This document shows, piece after piece, positions 1 through 12,111 of a DNA stretch of 64,000 nucleotides. This DNA comes from Octopus sinensis (taxonomy: Eukaryota). A program made the translations under genes and the position numbers. The DNA lies in contig NC_043002.1 of NCBI RefSeq assembly GCF_006345805.1, positions 36,704,001-36,768,000 of the forward strand. The letters are read 5' to 3'. The notes below the pieces were generated by a model. It saw only the letters and a list, made by a program, of their open reading frames with translations. It was not told where the DNA came from and did not search any database. Each line of letters starts with the position of its first letter. The first letter of the stretch is position 1.

Positions 1-659
1 ATACTGACTTACAAGGGCTGGTTTCCCAGTTTCCATGGCATATATATTCTCCCCCTGGACAGTAGAAAAAAATCTAGCTGTTTTACAAAAGTACATTAAA
101 ATGCTTCAGAAATTTGTTCCTTGGCTCTCTGTTTAACCACCACCAATTCCTCAATACTTCCAGTCACAAATTTACATAGAGAAGTTCTAACCACATAAAT
201 GGAAGTTCATTAGACTGCTGTTTCATAGGCCTGATCCTGTAAGCCCATGATCAAAGATATCCAGTGATGGCAAATCCATCTTTTTTTTTTCAGGTATTGG
301 GCATCTAAGAATGCATTGTCTAATGTGCGCCTTTATTTTCCTTTTCATCTTTTGTTTAAGTCATTGGACTGCAGCTCTGTAGACACTCTGCCTTGAAGGA
401 TTTCTTTTTTAGTTGATCAAAGCAACCCCTAGTACTTATTTTTCATATCCTCTCTGCTGGATATTTGGTGTTAGGAAGGGCATCCAGCTGTAAAAACTGT
501 GCCAAAACAGACACAGAAGTCTGGTGCAGGCTCCTGCCTGGCCAGCTCCTGTCAAACTGTCCAACCCATGCCGGCATGGACAGCAGATTTTAAACAATGA
601 TGATGATGATGATGGTATTTATTCAAGTAGTTATTTTTGCCAAACTGCTAAGTTACAGG

Positions 660-901
660 GATGTAAACAAACTAACACCAGTGTCAAGCAGTGTTTGTGT
701 GTTCAAATGCAAAGACACACACACATATACACATTTATGCACAATGGTCTTCCATGCAATTTCCATCTACCAAATTCACTCACAAGGGTTTGGTCAGCCC
801 AGGGCTATAGCAGAAAAAAACTCACCCAAACTGAGTACTGAACTGAAAACCACATGGTTGTAAAGCAAGTTTCTTAACCACACTGTCATGACTGCGCCTA
901 T
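660..901 (-). mobile_element. Abundant tRNA-derived SINE family A (partial)
   Basis: Reverse complement of the family seen in full at 57843-58315. Confidence 0.8.
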
Positions 902-1686
902 GATAGTGGATTGATATTTGAGTGAAGTTCAACTTCTACTTCTAGTAACTGAGCAACCATGTAGGGATTCATCATTGAAAATACATGTATTGCTGAATGT
1001 GTCACTCAAATGTATAGTCATGCAGTGTATTGGTTACAGCATGCAAGTGTACTGATGAAACATGCAAGTGTACTGGCTTCTGATATTGCTCTGACATTAT
1101 CACTACAATGATATATATGGTGAAAAGATACACACACACACATATATATATATAGAGAGAGAGCTCCTCCAGTTATTCTCATCATACATCTATATCAGTT
1201 ATAATATCAACTATATTTGTGGCTGTAAGCAGGATTATTTTTGATCTTCGTAGCTGCCATCTTCATGGTTGGTAAGAAACTATAATCTTTTATGTGAAAT
1301 ATAGATTGGTAGATAGCTAGATAGATAAACAGACGAATAGATAGACAGATAGATTGATGGATATAAATAGAGTGATAGGTAGATAGATATGTAGATAGAC
1401 AGACAGACAAATAGATAGATAGATATTTAGATAGCTAGTTAGCTAGCTGGGTAGTAAGTGTGTGTGCTGTGTGGTTGAGAAAAAAATAGTGAGAAAGGGA
1501 GACAGAGGGAGAGAGAGAGAGAAAGAGAGCGAGAGAGAGAAAGAGAGCGAGAGAGAGAGAGAGTAAAGAGATAGAATAGAAGAAAGAAAGAAATGTGGAT
1601 GGGGAGAGATCCTTATTTATCTATTTAAGTATTTATTTATATGAATGTAAAGTTTGGTTGACTGGTCTAAGCCACATCTGTAATGT

Positions 1687-1727
<41 letters not shown>

Positions 1728-3183
1728 TGTGTGTGTGGTGTGTGTGTATGTGTATGTGTGTGTATATAGATACATATGTATGTATAGTTATAAGCCGTCT
1801 CTGATCACTGACAACAGGAAACAAGGAGTAAGAAAAGAAAAACAAAGAAAATAAATAAGAAAGCACCAAATAAAAATATACAAACGACTAAAAATGATCA
1901 AAATGATCAAAAAAAAAAAAAGACAACTACAAACATACCAAATAAAATATCTTTTAGAAATACCAACAAAATTATACCCAGTCTTTCCCCGAACAAACAT
2001 GATGGTATGAAGAAAAGGCCAGTAAAAGAAAACGTGAACAAAAGACAACAAAAAGCAAAACAAAACAAAAAGATATGTAAGAATGTCTTAAAGACATCAG
2101 TCAGAAAATAAAGATAGGATCAAAACAAAGTTAATATTATTAGTGGTAAAATATTTGGTTTCTGTAAACTAAATTCTTGAGAAGTGGTGACCTTGGAGTA
2201 TTTCAAGAGTAAGAGGCAGGAAACTAGAGTCATGAACTCAGAATGATGTTCTAATAAGGTTTGATAGTCACCTGGTGTAAGTGACTGAACAATTTCTATT
2301 TATTTTATTCCACCTCACCGGTCCCTATAATTTGGTTTTTGACAGAGACACATGGTTGCCTCAGACATGGAAGATGATAGCAGTTGATTTGATTAAACCT
2401 AGCAGTTGTCAAGTATTTTATTTTATTGAGCCTTCACAGAAAGATGAAAGGCAAAGTCGACTTTGGCAAGATTTGAACACAAAACGTAGAAGTAATAGAC
2501 TAAAAACTGCAAGGCATTTTGCCAACCCTCCTACTGATTCTGTTAATGTATCATTCTTGAATGAAATACACTAGCAAACGAGGGAGCATCTACATGGTTA
2601 TTTGATCTGTTAAAAATAATAAATAGATCTTTCACATCTGTGCTTAATCAGAGCTAACTTGGAGTTAAGCAATAATAACCAATGAAACTTGGACTACTGA
2701 GGAAGCTGCTTTATAGCCACTAGGCATGCTAGAAAAAGTAGCCAAAACACCCCACAAATTAAACTCTATCATCTTGAGGAAGAGAAAAAACACATTAAAT
2801 AATACAGTGCCACACATCTCTAAAATGATGATAAAGTCATTACTGGTAAACTTTTAATCATAAGTCTATTCAATCATGATTCATTTGGGTTTAAACAATG
2901 ACAGCAGCTTCCAGTAGAACCTTTGAAATATCATCATCATTGTTTTAATGTCAATCTTTTATGATTGCATGGGATGGAGGGAATTTGTTGAGGCAGATTT
3001 TCTTTTGCCAGATGACCTCTCTGTTACCCACCATCATCTGTTTCCAAATAAGATAATATTTTACCCTAGCCAGATGTGCCTTCATGGAATATTGGAAATG
3101 AAAAACATCACTGTACGACAGTGAACATTCATTTATAGCTACCATACAGTCAAGACAACAACAACTCACACAAGCACATGCAT

Positions 3184-3216
<33 letters not shown>

Positions 3217-4806
3217 CACACACACACACATATATATATAGTGTACTGTTCCATGATGGTAAGATCCATAAAAATATACTCCATCTGGTGAGAGATAAAT
3301 ATTATTTAATAAACACAATATATGTTTCATGTGCTACTATTAGTTTCATGTGCTGAGAGCATGCCAGACAGTATCTTTTAACATGTCTGGTGTCCTAGCA
3401 CAATCATCAGACACAGCTAATTGAAGCATTGCTGGCCCCTAACAGGATCCTGATATCAGGCTTCTGGAATGCCGAAGATGTGTTGAGTGCCTTTTGTCCA
3501 CTTACTTGTATGTGTGTGTGTGTGTGCGTGTGTGTGTATATATATATATATGTATATACATATCTATGTATGTGTATGTGTCTATGTTTGTCCCCCATCA
3601 TTGCTTGACAGCTAGTGTTGGTATGTTTATGTCCCTTGTAACAAAGTGGTTCAGTAAAAGCACTTGGTTTAGAGGGGAAAAAGAGTATTGGGATTAATTA
3701 ATTTGGCTGAAAATTCATCGCTGGCCACAGTCTAATGACTGAAACAAGTAAAAGATAAAAGATGAAACTAAAAATGCCAGACATTATTTAAGGAAAGAAC
3801 ATTTAAATTTAAAATAAAAACTTTGTGGTTATATAAATAAGCAAAGAATTCATTTGGTATTAGGGGAAAATATTCAAGTAAACAACTCATTAGTAGGAAA
3901 ATTACATGGAAAGTGAGAAATTTGAGAATACCATCAATTCAGTTGAACAGACATTTAATTGAAAATATATTTCTCTATTATGGTATGGAGTTTGGTTTGC
4001 TATTGTTAATTTTGAAAGATTCTATCAGCAGTATTGAGTCTCAATTACTGCAACTTCTCATAAGGAATTTAAACCTTGAAGAATTTTGCTATATGTATAG
4101 CAAGAAATTATTCTCATTAAGACAGTTGATTATAATTTCTATGATATAAGGCTACTCAACTCAATAAATGTCTGATTAAATTCTCAAAGATTCTGTTTAT
4201 AATGTCAGTCTTTTATCAAAGCTCAATACCTGAATAGAAAGTATTTGAAAAGATTCAAGAAGTGAACTGAAGAGATAGCCATTGAGAATAAATTGCTATA
4301 TAGCATAGTTTAATATATATAGCTTGCTCTGAATGTAGGACCTGCAGAAGTGGACCTTGCTCTCTCAATTAAGTATTAATTACATATCAAGACTGGCTCA
4401 ATTATCTACAACTTCTCATCCTAGTCAAAACAAATATTCTAACAGTCAGCAAAGAAAAAATAAAACAAAAAATAAAAAAGTGAGAAAAAAAAAGATAGTG
4501 AGTTTGACTTTGATATGTTGAAATTGGAAAATTGCTCCCTAGCTAGTCCTGATCAAGAATAAAAGGAATTGCAGGTTTTCAAATGCTGCTGAGGCTGACT
4601 TTGCTTTCCATGTTTTCAGGGTCGATAAAATAACTACCAGTTGAACGCTGGGGGTCAAAATCTTCCCCTCCCTTTGAGATTGATGGCCTTATGCCAAAAT
4701 TAGAAAGAATATTACATGTAGTTTTATGTTTTTAACCATCATTTCTACTTTTATAGTCTAATGTGTATTTAGTGTCAGAAAAGAAATATATAACTTTTAC
4801 ACTTTT

Positions 4807-5186
4807 CTCTTTTACTTGCTTCAGTCATTTGACTGCGGCCATGCTAGAGCACTGCCTTTTGTCGAGCAAATCGACCCCAGGACTTATTCTTTGTAAGCCT
4901 AGTACTTATTCTATCGGTCTCTTTTGCTGAACCGCTAAGTTATGGGGACGCAAGCACACCAGCATCAGTTGTCAAGCGATGTCGGGGGGGGGGGGGGACA
5001 AACACACACACATATGCATATATACGATGAGCTTCTTTCAGTTTCCGTCTACCAAATCCACTCACAAGGCTTTGGTTGGCCCGAGGCTATAGTAGAAGAC
5101 ACTACAAGGTGCCATGCAGTGGGACTGAACCTGGAATTGTGTGGTTGGTAAGCAAGCTTCTTACCACACAGCCACTCCTGCGCCTA
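4807..5186 (-). mobile_element. SINE family A, full length
   Basis: Reverse complement of ggcgcaggagtggctgtgtggtaag...gactgaaacaagtaaaagag. Confidence 0.9.
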
Positions 5187-5206
5187 AACATATGAATTAT
5201 TTTTTA

Positions 5207-5566
5207 TCTTTTACTTGTTTTAGTCATTAGACTGCAGCCATGCTGGGGCATCACCATGAAGATCTTTTAGCCAAATGAATCGACCCCAGTGCTTTTTTTT
5301 AAGCCTGGTACCAATTCTGGTGGCCATTTTGCGGAACAGCTAAGTTATGGGGACATAAACACACTAATACAAGTTGTCAAGTGGTAATGGAGGACAAACA
5401 CACACACAAACACACTTCTTCCAGTTTCCATTAACCAAATCCACTCACAAGGCTTTGATTGGCCTGAGGCTACAGCAGAAGACACTTTTACCCAAAGTGC
5501 CATGTTGTGGTACTGAACCCAGAACCATGTGGTTGGGAAGCAAGTTTCTTATCAAACAGCCAAGCC
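5207..5566 (-). mobile_element. SINE family A, older copy, head-to-tail with 4807-5186
   Basis: Same motifs, more diverged. Confidence 0.85.
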
Positions 5567-6424
5567 TTGAAGTAAATTTTATATTAGCATCATTTTGCTA
5601 TTTAACTTTTCAAAGGAATGGTGTTTATGTTCCAGGTCAATGGAATAAAAAATAAAGCAAAACAAAAACATTAGTCTGCATGTTTGTCTGGGGTCAAAAT
5701 AATGAGTTGGCCCAACTATGGTCTTGTGGCCTCATTTCATCCAGTCCACCTGTCTTATTGAATGTATGACATAGTATATAAAAATTCTTTGTTTTCCTTA
5801 TCTATCTTTAGTAAATAAACAATGAAGTTCAGTATAAAAAATAGAGAGAATGTCTCACGTTTTCAGTGGCCTTGAATCACCCTAACCCTAACATACACAC
5901 ACATACCACATTATAGTTTACATAATTCAGAATCCTTGGATCTAAGAAAGGAAGGAGTGGCTAAAAAATGTTTACCCATTGAAGAGAGCAGATAAACTGG
6001 CTGGTACCATATTTACTTCAAAGCACAAATCCTAACTGAAAATGTCTCAACTCAGCACTGCATACAATATCATGCTCATACCAATTTTTGCATCATTAAA
6101 TGTGTTGAAATTTCTTCATTACAAAAGGTAACCTTTAAACAATAGGAATCCTTAATCCCCTCATAAAACAAACAAACAAACAAAACAGAAACAAGCTGCT
6201 TTTGTAGTGTGGTACGATCATGGTTTCATTTTATATTTGCATGAGCAAAATGCCCCGGTCCAATGGACAGTGCTGAGTTGTCAAACATTTAAACCAAATT
6301 TTCTCAAAACAACTTGTCCAACTGTCCCATAGGCCACCCCTTTGAGAAACACTGATATAACCTAAATCTGAGACACCAGCAAAAGAAGAAATAAAGATAG
6401 ACTTTTTTTCTATTCCAAAGAAAA

Positions 6425-6598
6425 ACGATTTTATTCACACAAATATGCTTTATCGATTGCATTCTCACTTGGAATCGATTTTTGTAAATTTTTCAAGACC
6501 TGATAACATCGGTATCTACATATCAAATTTGAGTGCAATCGGATGGAGGATGCCCGAGATCCTAGAAGACAGACAGCACGGATTTTATATAAAAGATT
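6425..6598 (+). mobile_element. Helitron-like 3' fragment
   Basis: caaatttgagtgcaatcgg..gagatcctagaagacagacagcacggattttatataaaagat, a typical Helitron-derived MITE ending. Confidence 0.45.
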
Positions 6599-6859
6599 GG
6601 TCCCTAAGTTATAAAAGCATTTCCAGTCTGGCTGGCCATCATAAAAAAGAAACAAAAAACCTAGGTTTATCAACCCCTGTTCTAGATGGATAAAATAATA
6701 TAGAAGCAGAAAATTTAAAAGCAATCTATTTAAATTTCTATATTTCTATGTTGAAAGAGAGAAGTGGATGTTTAATTTGAATAGAATAGGCTCTTCTGCC
6801 TCCCCTAAATATCTCTCACCCCAATAATAATGTATTGCTTGGTCATATATATATATATA

Positions 6860-7200
6860 TACAAGAATTTTTTGCGCAATAAGATAAAAAAACCAAGGCT
6901 GTGTAGATATTAGAGCATTTATAAACAGAAGGTCTTACAGCTGTTTCTAGGATATTTATTAATCATATCCCTTCGTCGGAGATGGTGTGAGAGGATATTT
7001 AAGTCATAGTGAGTTTAGATGTGATACAAAATGGAGAGTGAGGTGGAGGAAAGAAAATAGATGCAAGATATGTATGGGTATTGAAGTTGTAAATCCATTT
7101 TTTAGGCATAATGGTATATATGCAATATTCCAATATCCTATGAGTAAAGACCAAAAGTCCAACAGAGTTTAAAATGAGTCCATCCAAATATAGAGTTTAT
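6860..7200 (-). mobile_element. Penelope-like terminal fragment with degenerate minimal hammerhead motif
   Basis: Minus strand ccgacga-agggatat..atatccta-gaaac-agct-gta next to (TA)n. Confidence 0.55.
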
Positions 7201-7811
7201 AAGCAATGTATATATATATATATACACAGAGTAGATGAAACCATGGCGACTGAAGAAGGGGAATTTTCCTTGTGTTATTTGTCCTGTACTCTATTTTTTC
7301 GTTGTTTAAGAAAAATGTCCAGTTCCTTGGTTTTGTGTTTATGTTTTCGTTTCTCATTGTGTTTGACGTTTTTTGGGTGTCCTGTACCCATATATGCATG
7401 TATATATACATGTAGAGGTAGGTACGTACATATATGTATGTATATATGCATATGTTTTATTTATTAATTTGTTATATATATATATATATATATATGTTCT
7501 ACATGTACTTTTATTTAGTGCAAACCTTGTAATTACAAAATAAAAAAAGTATTTTGGAAAGGACTGTTATTATAGCTAGAAGGGAAACAGTTGACATGTC
7601 AATGAAATGAATCTTCATGCAGAAAAAGGAAAGAAAAACAAACTATGAGACAAAATAACTGAAGAAAAGTAAACAAAATCCAAATATTGTGAAATCAGAA
7701 CCTGTGTTGAGGTTGGTTGGTTTATGTAATTCTTTTTTAGCCAGAAGAAAAGTAACTCATCATAGATGATGTTTTGTGATTTTATTCAACATATTCTCCT
7801 CTTAGATTCAC

Positions 7812-8222
7812 ATAGGCGTAGGAGTGGCTGTGTGGTAAGTAGCTTGCTTACCAACCACATGGTTCTGGGTTCAGTCCCACTGTGTGGCACCTTGGGTAAG
7901 TGTCTTCTATTATAGCCTGAGGCCGACCAGAGCCTTGTGAGTGGATTTGGTAGATGGAAACTGAAAGAAGCCCATTGTATATATATATATATATATGTAT
8001 GCATGTGAGTATGTTTGTGTGTCTATATTTGTCCTCCAACATTGCTTGACAACTGATGCTGGTGTGTTTACGTCCCTGTAACTTAGCGGTTCAGCAAAAG
8101 AGTTTGATAGAGTAAGTACTAGGCCTACAAAGAATAAGTCCTGAGGTTGATTTGCTCGACTAAAGGTGGTGCTCCAGCATGGCCACAGTCAAATGACTGA
8201 AACAAATAAAAGAGTAAAGAGT
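7812..8222 (+). mobile_element. SINE family A, full length, internal (TA)n/(TG)n
   Basis: ataggcgtaggagtggctgtgtggtaagtagcttgc...aaataaaagagtaaagag. Confidence 0.9.
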
Positions 8223-8293
8223 ACTTATTGCAGCAGTCCTTCAGTTTTTCTAAGCCCTGTAAAAGAAGCAGGCCTTTCGCAATACTCTTTACA

Positions 8294-8320
8294 CCAGGAA
8301 CTTTTCAGCACCCCTTCATA
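8294..8320 (-). mobile_element. Mariner-type TIR fragment (TATGAAGGGGTGCTGAAAAGTTCCTGG)
   Basis: Starts with TA and resembles mariner TIR ends. I did not find a partner TIR. Confidence 0.45.
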
Positions 8321-8601
8321 GATAAATAAAAAATATAAAAATGGTATTGCTTCTTTGATCTTTATATACCTGGCAATAAAATGACAATGAAACTAAAGAT
8401 GTATCCTGACATCTGATCTACCATATGTGATGGCATATAAAATGCATTCCCCACCCACAAATGTCTTTAAAAAATCACTCCATGTCCTATGTGCAAAGCT
8501 GAACTTATATCACATGCTTTAATGCTCTTAAAACTTTGTTTCCTGAATATGCACTGCTAAAACTGGGGTTATCTAATTTGCCCTTGTGTCTTTTATGCCC
8601 T

Positions 8602-8906
8602 CATGATCATGTGATTGTGATCGACCAGAGTATCAGATGTTGTTATACATCGCTGGTCACAATGCATTTTGCACTGTTTTAGCTTTTGAATGATGTCACC
8701 CCACTGGCTAGACAAGCAGGCTAACATTCTCCCTTATTGGAAAGCTAATCCATCACAGGGTTACCTATTCACAGCTGAGTGAACTGGAGTAACATGAAAT
8801 GAAGTGTTTGCTCAAGAACACAATGCACTGCTCAGCCTGGGAATTGAACCCATGATTAAGCAATTGTGAGTGCAACACCCTTAGCTACTAGGCCAAGTGT
8901 CTTCAC
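8602..8906 (-). mobile_element. tRNA-derived SINE family C
   Basis: tRNA-like head at about 8840-8906. Core cagctgagtgaactggagtaacatgaaatgaagtg shared with 22925-23195 (-) and about 32575-32790 (+). Confidence 0.8.
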
Positions 8907-9230
8907 ACACACACAAGCACACCTGGCAATAAAATTGGCATGTTAAATGATGAGGAAAGCTGAATATGTGTCCTGGCAAAAATCATGCATAAAAACGTGT
9001 TGCTTACAGTTTAATTTCAATAATTGCAAAGGAAAGAAAGAATGAAAAAATATTGAAAGAAGAAACAAAGCTGAAAGGAAAACAAATGTAAGAGAAAGAA
9101 TCAAAGTAAAACAAAATGAGTGGGAGAGAAAGAAGAAAAAACAAAGAGAAGAAAATGTTAAGAAAGAGAGAGAGACTGAGAGAAAAAGCAACAGTGGAGA
9201 GAAAAAGGGAGACATAAGCAAACAAAGAGC

Positions 9231-9296
<66 letters not shown>

Positions 9297-9684
9297 AGGA
9301 TGAGTGGTGCCAATAAAATTCTATCATAGTTAGCTAATAATAATTTTAAAAATTCCAATAGGAAACATGAGATGAAATTAAAATTTAAGAAAGTTGTCTC
9401 TTTTTAATTTTAAATGGTGCTAATGTTTGAGAGAATCAATTTATGTATATGCATGTGTGCATGTGTGTCTGCGTGTTGCATGCGTGTGTGTGCTGTTTCC
9501 TTCTAAAATCCAATGACTAACACACACACACACACACATACACACACATACATATATATATGAGAGAAAGATGGACGGTTAATGATTGAGAGTTGGGAAG
9601 ATATTTTATGAAATAGGAGAAATTTAAGAAGAGTGAAGTGGGAGAAATTGGTAAAAGAAAAGGGATGGGTGGCAGAAAGTAAAG

Positions 9685-9687
<3 letters not shown>

Positions 9688-9719
<32 letters not shown>

Positions 9720-9915
9720 TTAGATAGATAGATAGATAGATGGATGGATGGATGGATGGATGGATGGATGGATGGATGGATGAAGAGATAGATAGATAGA
9801 TAGATAGATAGATGGATGGATGGATGGATGAAGAGATAGATAGATAGATAGATGGATGGATGAATGGATGAAGACATAGATAGATAGATAGATGGATGGA
9901 TGGATGGATTGATGA

Positions 9916-9969
<54 letters not shown>

Positions 9970-10097
9970 GGATGGATGGGTGGATGGATGGATGAATGGA
10001 TGGATGGATGAATGGATGGATAGATGGATGGATGGATGGATGGATGGATGGATGAAGACATAGATAGATAGATAGATGGATGGATGGATGGATGAAG

Positions 10098-10129
<32 letters not shown>

Positions 10130-10170
10130 GGATGGATAGATTGATAGATTGATAGAGAGATAGAAATAGA
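9688..10170. repeat. Compound (GATA)n/(GATG)n microsatellite, about 480 bp
   Basis: Direct inspection. Source of the spurious SIYL/IHPS ORFs. Confidence 0.95.
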
Positions 10171-11538
10171 GAGAGAGAGAAAGGGAGAGAGGAGTAAATG
10201 GAAGTAGGATAAACAAAATAGAAAAGAGTCTATCAAAAGAAAAAAAAAAAATGAAAACAGCTGAATAAGATGAGATGGTAAGAATCCCAACATCAAAAAC
10301 ACCAAAACTCTTGGTTGCAACAAAATGTGTGTAATGACTGAGATACATAAACTTGGTTTCGGTAAAAAAAAAAAAGGAAAGAAATATTGTTTATTGCAAT
10401 TAATTATGGTTGTTAGAACCATTAGTAATGCCAAATAAACAGAGAATTGATGGGAAAATGGCACAATATGATGGGAATGGTAAACAGGAATAACATCTGT
10501 TGCCATGGAGCAAATGAGTAAGATATAGAAATAACTGTTAATTATACAAACAACTGGATTAGCTAAAAATGTCGGTATTATAGCTAATAGGGCTGTAGGT
10601 AGATTGAAACATTATCATTTGCAGACTAATTAGTGAGCTGGAGCTTATGTACTAAAACACACACACTAACATACATGGAGGTGTGTATACATACACACAC
10701 ACATTGCATCAATAAGAAAGTCATATACACATAACAATGGCCTTTATTCCTTTTTTTTTTTGATGTGCAGCATTAAAGTACTGAAGCATATACATACACA
10801 TTCACTCACAAATATATATATATATTTTATATGCACACAAAGACACACACACACATACATACATACACACATATATATACATACACACATACACACACAT
10901 ATATATATATATAGACGCCATGATAGATCGTTAGCCACTACACACATTTTTTTCTCTCCTTGTTTTTTCTGTGTCTCTTTCTGTATACCACCTGTCTTCG
11001 TCTTTTGTTTTTTCGTAAACGCTCCCTATATATATATAACATATATACACTGGTACATGTACAAGGATACCTAAATGTATTTAAGGCTTTTATGGATTCA
11101 GTTGTTATTTATCCTTTAATTTGAAATATATTTTTTATGTGAGACTTTCCATTCTTAAATTTATCAAATTTTGACTTTTTCTGTTAATGTGATCAGATTA
11201 AAGGAATGATATGATAAATTTAGCTTCCTGGTTTAAGTCTCCTATCAACAAGCTGAAGGCTAGTTTCAGTTATTTAACTCTTGTTTATTATCTGTTTTGT
11301 ATTTACCAATGTTTCCATTGTCTGTTGCCAGCTTGTAAAGGAGAGATGCTGCAATGCCTAGTGGGCAGTGATGACTGTAAATGAAAAACTATTACTCAGA
11401 TGTAGATTTTCAACCAGATCTGCTTGGTAGCATTGTTTGTAGCCCATGGCAGAATAGATCAGCTCTAAAGAAAATAAAGTGAAATGACAAAAACAGAATG
11501 AAGACTAACTAGAGAGAAATATAAGAATTTCTTCTTAC

Positions 11539-11731
11539 TTTTTTTCTTTTTCTCCATTTTCTGCTTGCGTTTTGCATCTCTTCGTGCTCTCTCCTCTTGT
11601 TCTTGGCTTTCACGGCACTTGTGGAAATTTTCAACAACAACACCAACAAACATATTTAATACAAAGAAGCCAACAAGAAGGAGGAAGGAAATGAAATAGA
11701 GTAGGCGCCATTCATTGTAGTTTTCTTTTGG
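11539..11731 (-). CDS. Cav3: Cav3 exon, IIIS6 and proximal III-IV linker ([64 protein letters not shown])
   Basis: tttcag|CCA ... A|gtaaga, 193 nt, ends phase 1. [15 protein letters not shown] is Cav3-specific. The C-terminal part is visible in ORF 11465..11653. Confidence 0.98.
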
Positions 11732-12111
11732 CTGAAACGAAATGAGAAGACATATGTTGAATATTTAACTAAATCAGGAAGTTATAAATAAAATATACAA
11801 AGACATAAAATGCACAGAGCTACAATAACGTAAATAGAAAGGAAAATATAAATACAGCATAAAACATATGAAAATCCCTGTAAACAAAGCAAATATTTAT
11901 CTTTAGTAATAGAAGGCACTGAATATGAATCAGCAAAGGCAGAAGAAAGTTTGTTGGTATGTTCTCTCAGCTCCTGCTCAGTTATGATTGAGAAATCCTA
12001 GCAGACCCTATGATCAAAGGTATTCCTCCCATGACCATCATGTCTTGTTTAAAACAGTGTATCTAAGACTTTATTACCCAATGTGTCCATTTTGTTATAC
12101 TTATTGTTAAA

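Noticed and set aside
9008-9070. 63-nt in-frame AG...GTAAGC segment after the linker exon
   Set aside because: Encodes a very hydrophobic, T-rich peptide (TLFLLSIFFHSFFPL..) from low-complexity intron sequence, implausible in the cytoplasmic linker.
9503-10506. Long ORFs of 281 and 329 aa
   Set aside because: Translations of the (GATA)/(GATG) microsatellite (SIYL/IHPS repeats). The same applies to the YIYI, VCVC and THTH ORFs throughout the track.
11510-11538. Alternative 5' donor (gttagt at 11509) as an exon 25c equivalent
   Set aside because: It adds 29 nt, which is out of frame. Rescue through the next AG would need a 47-nt intron.
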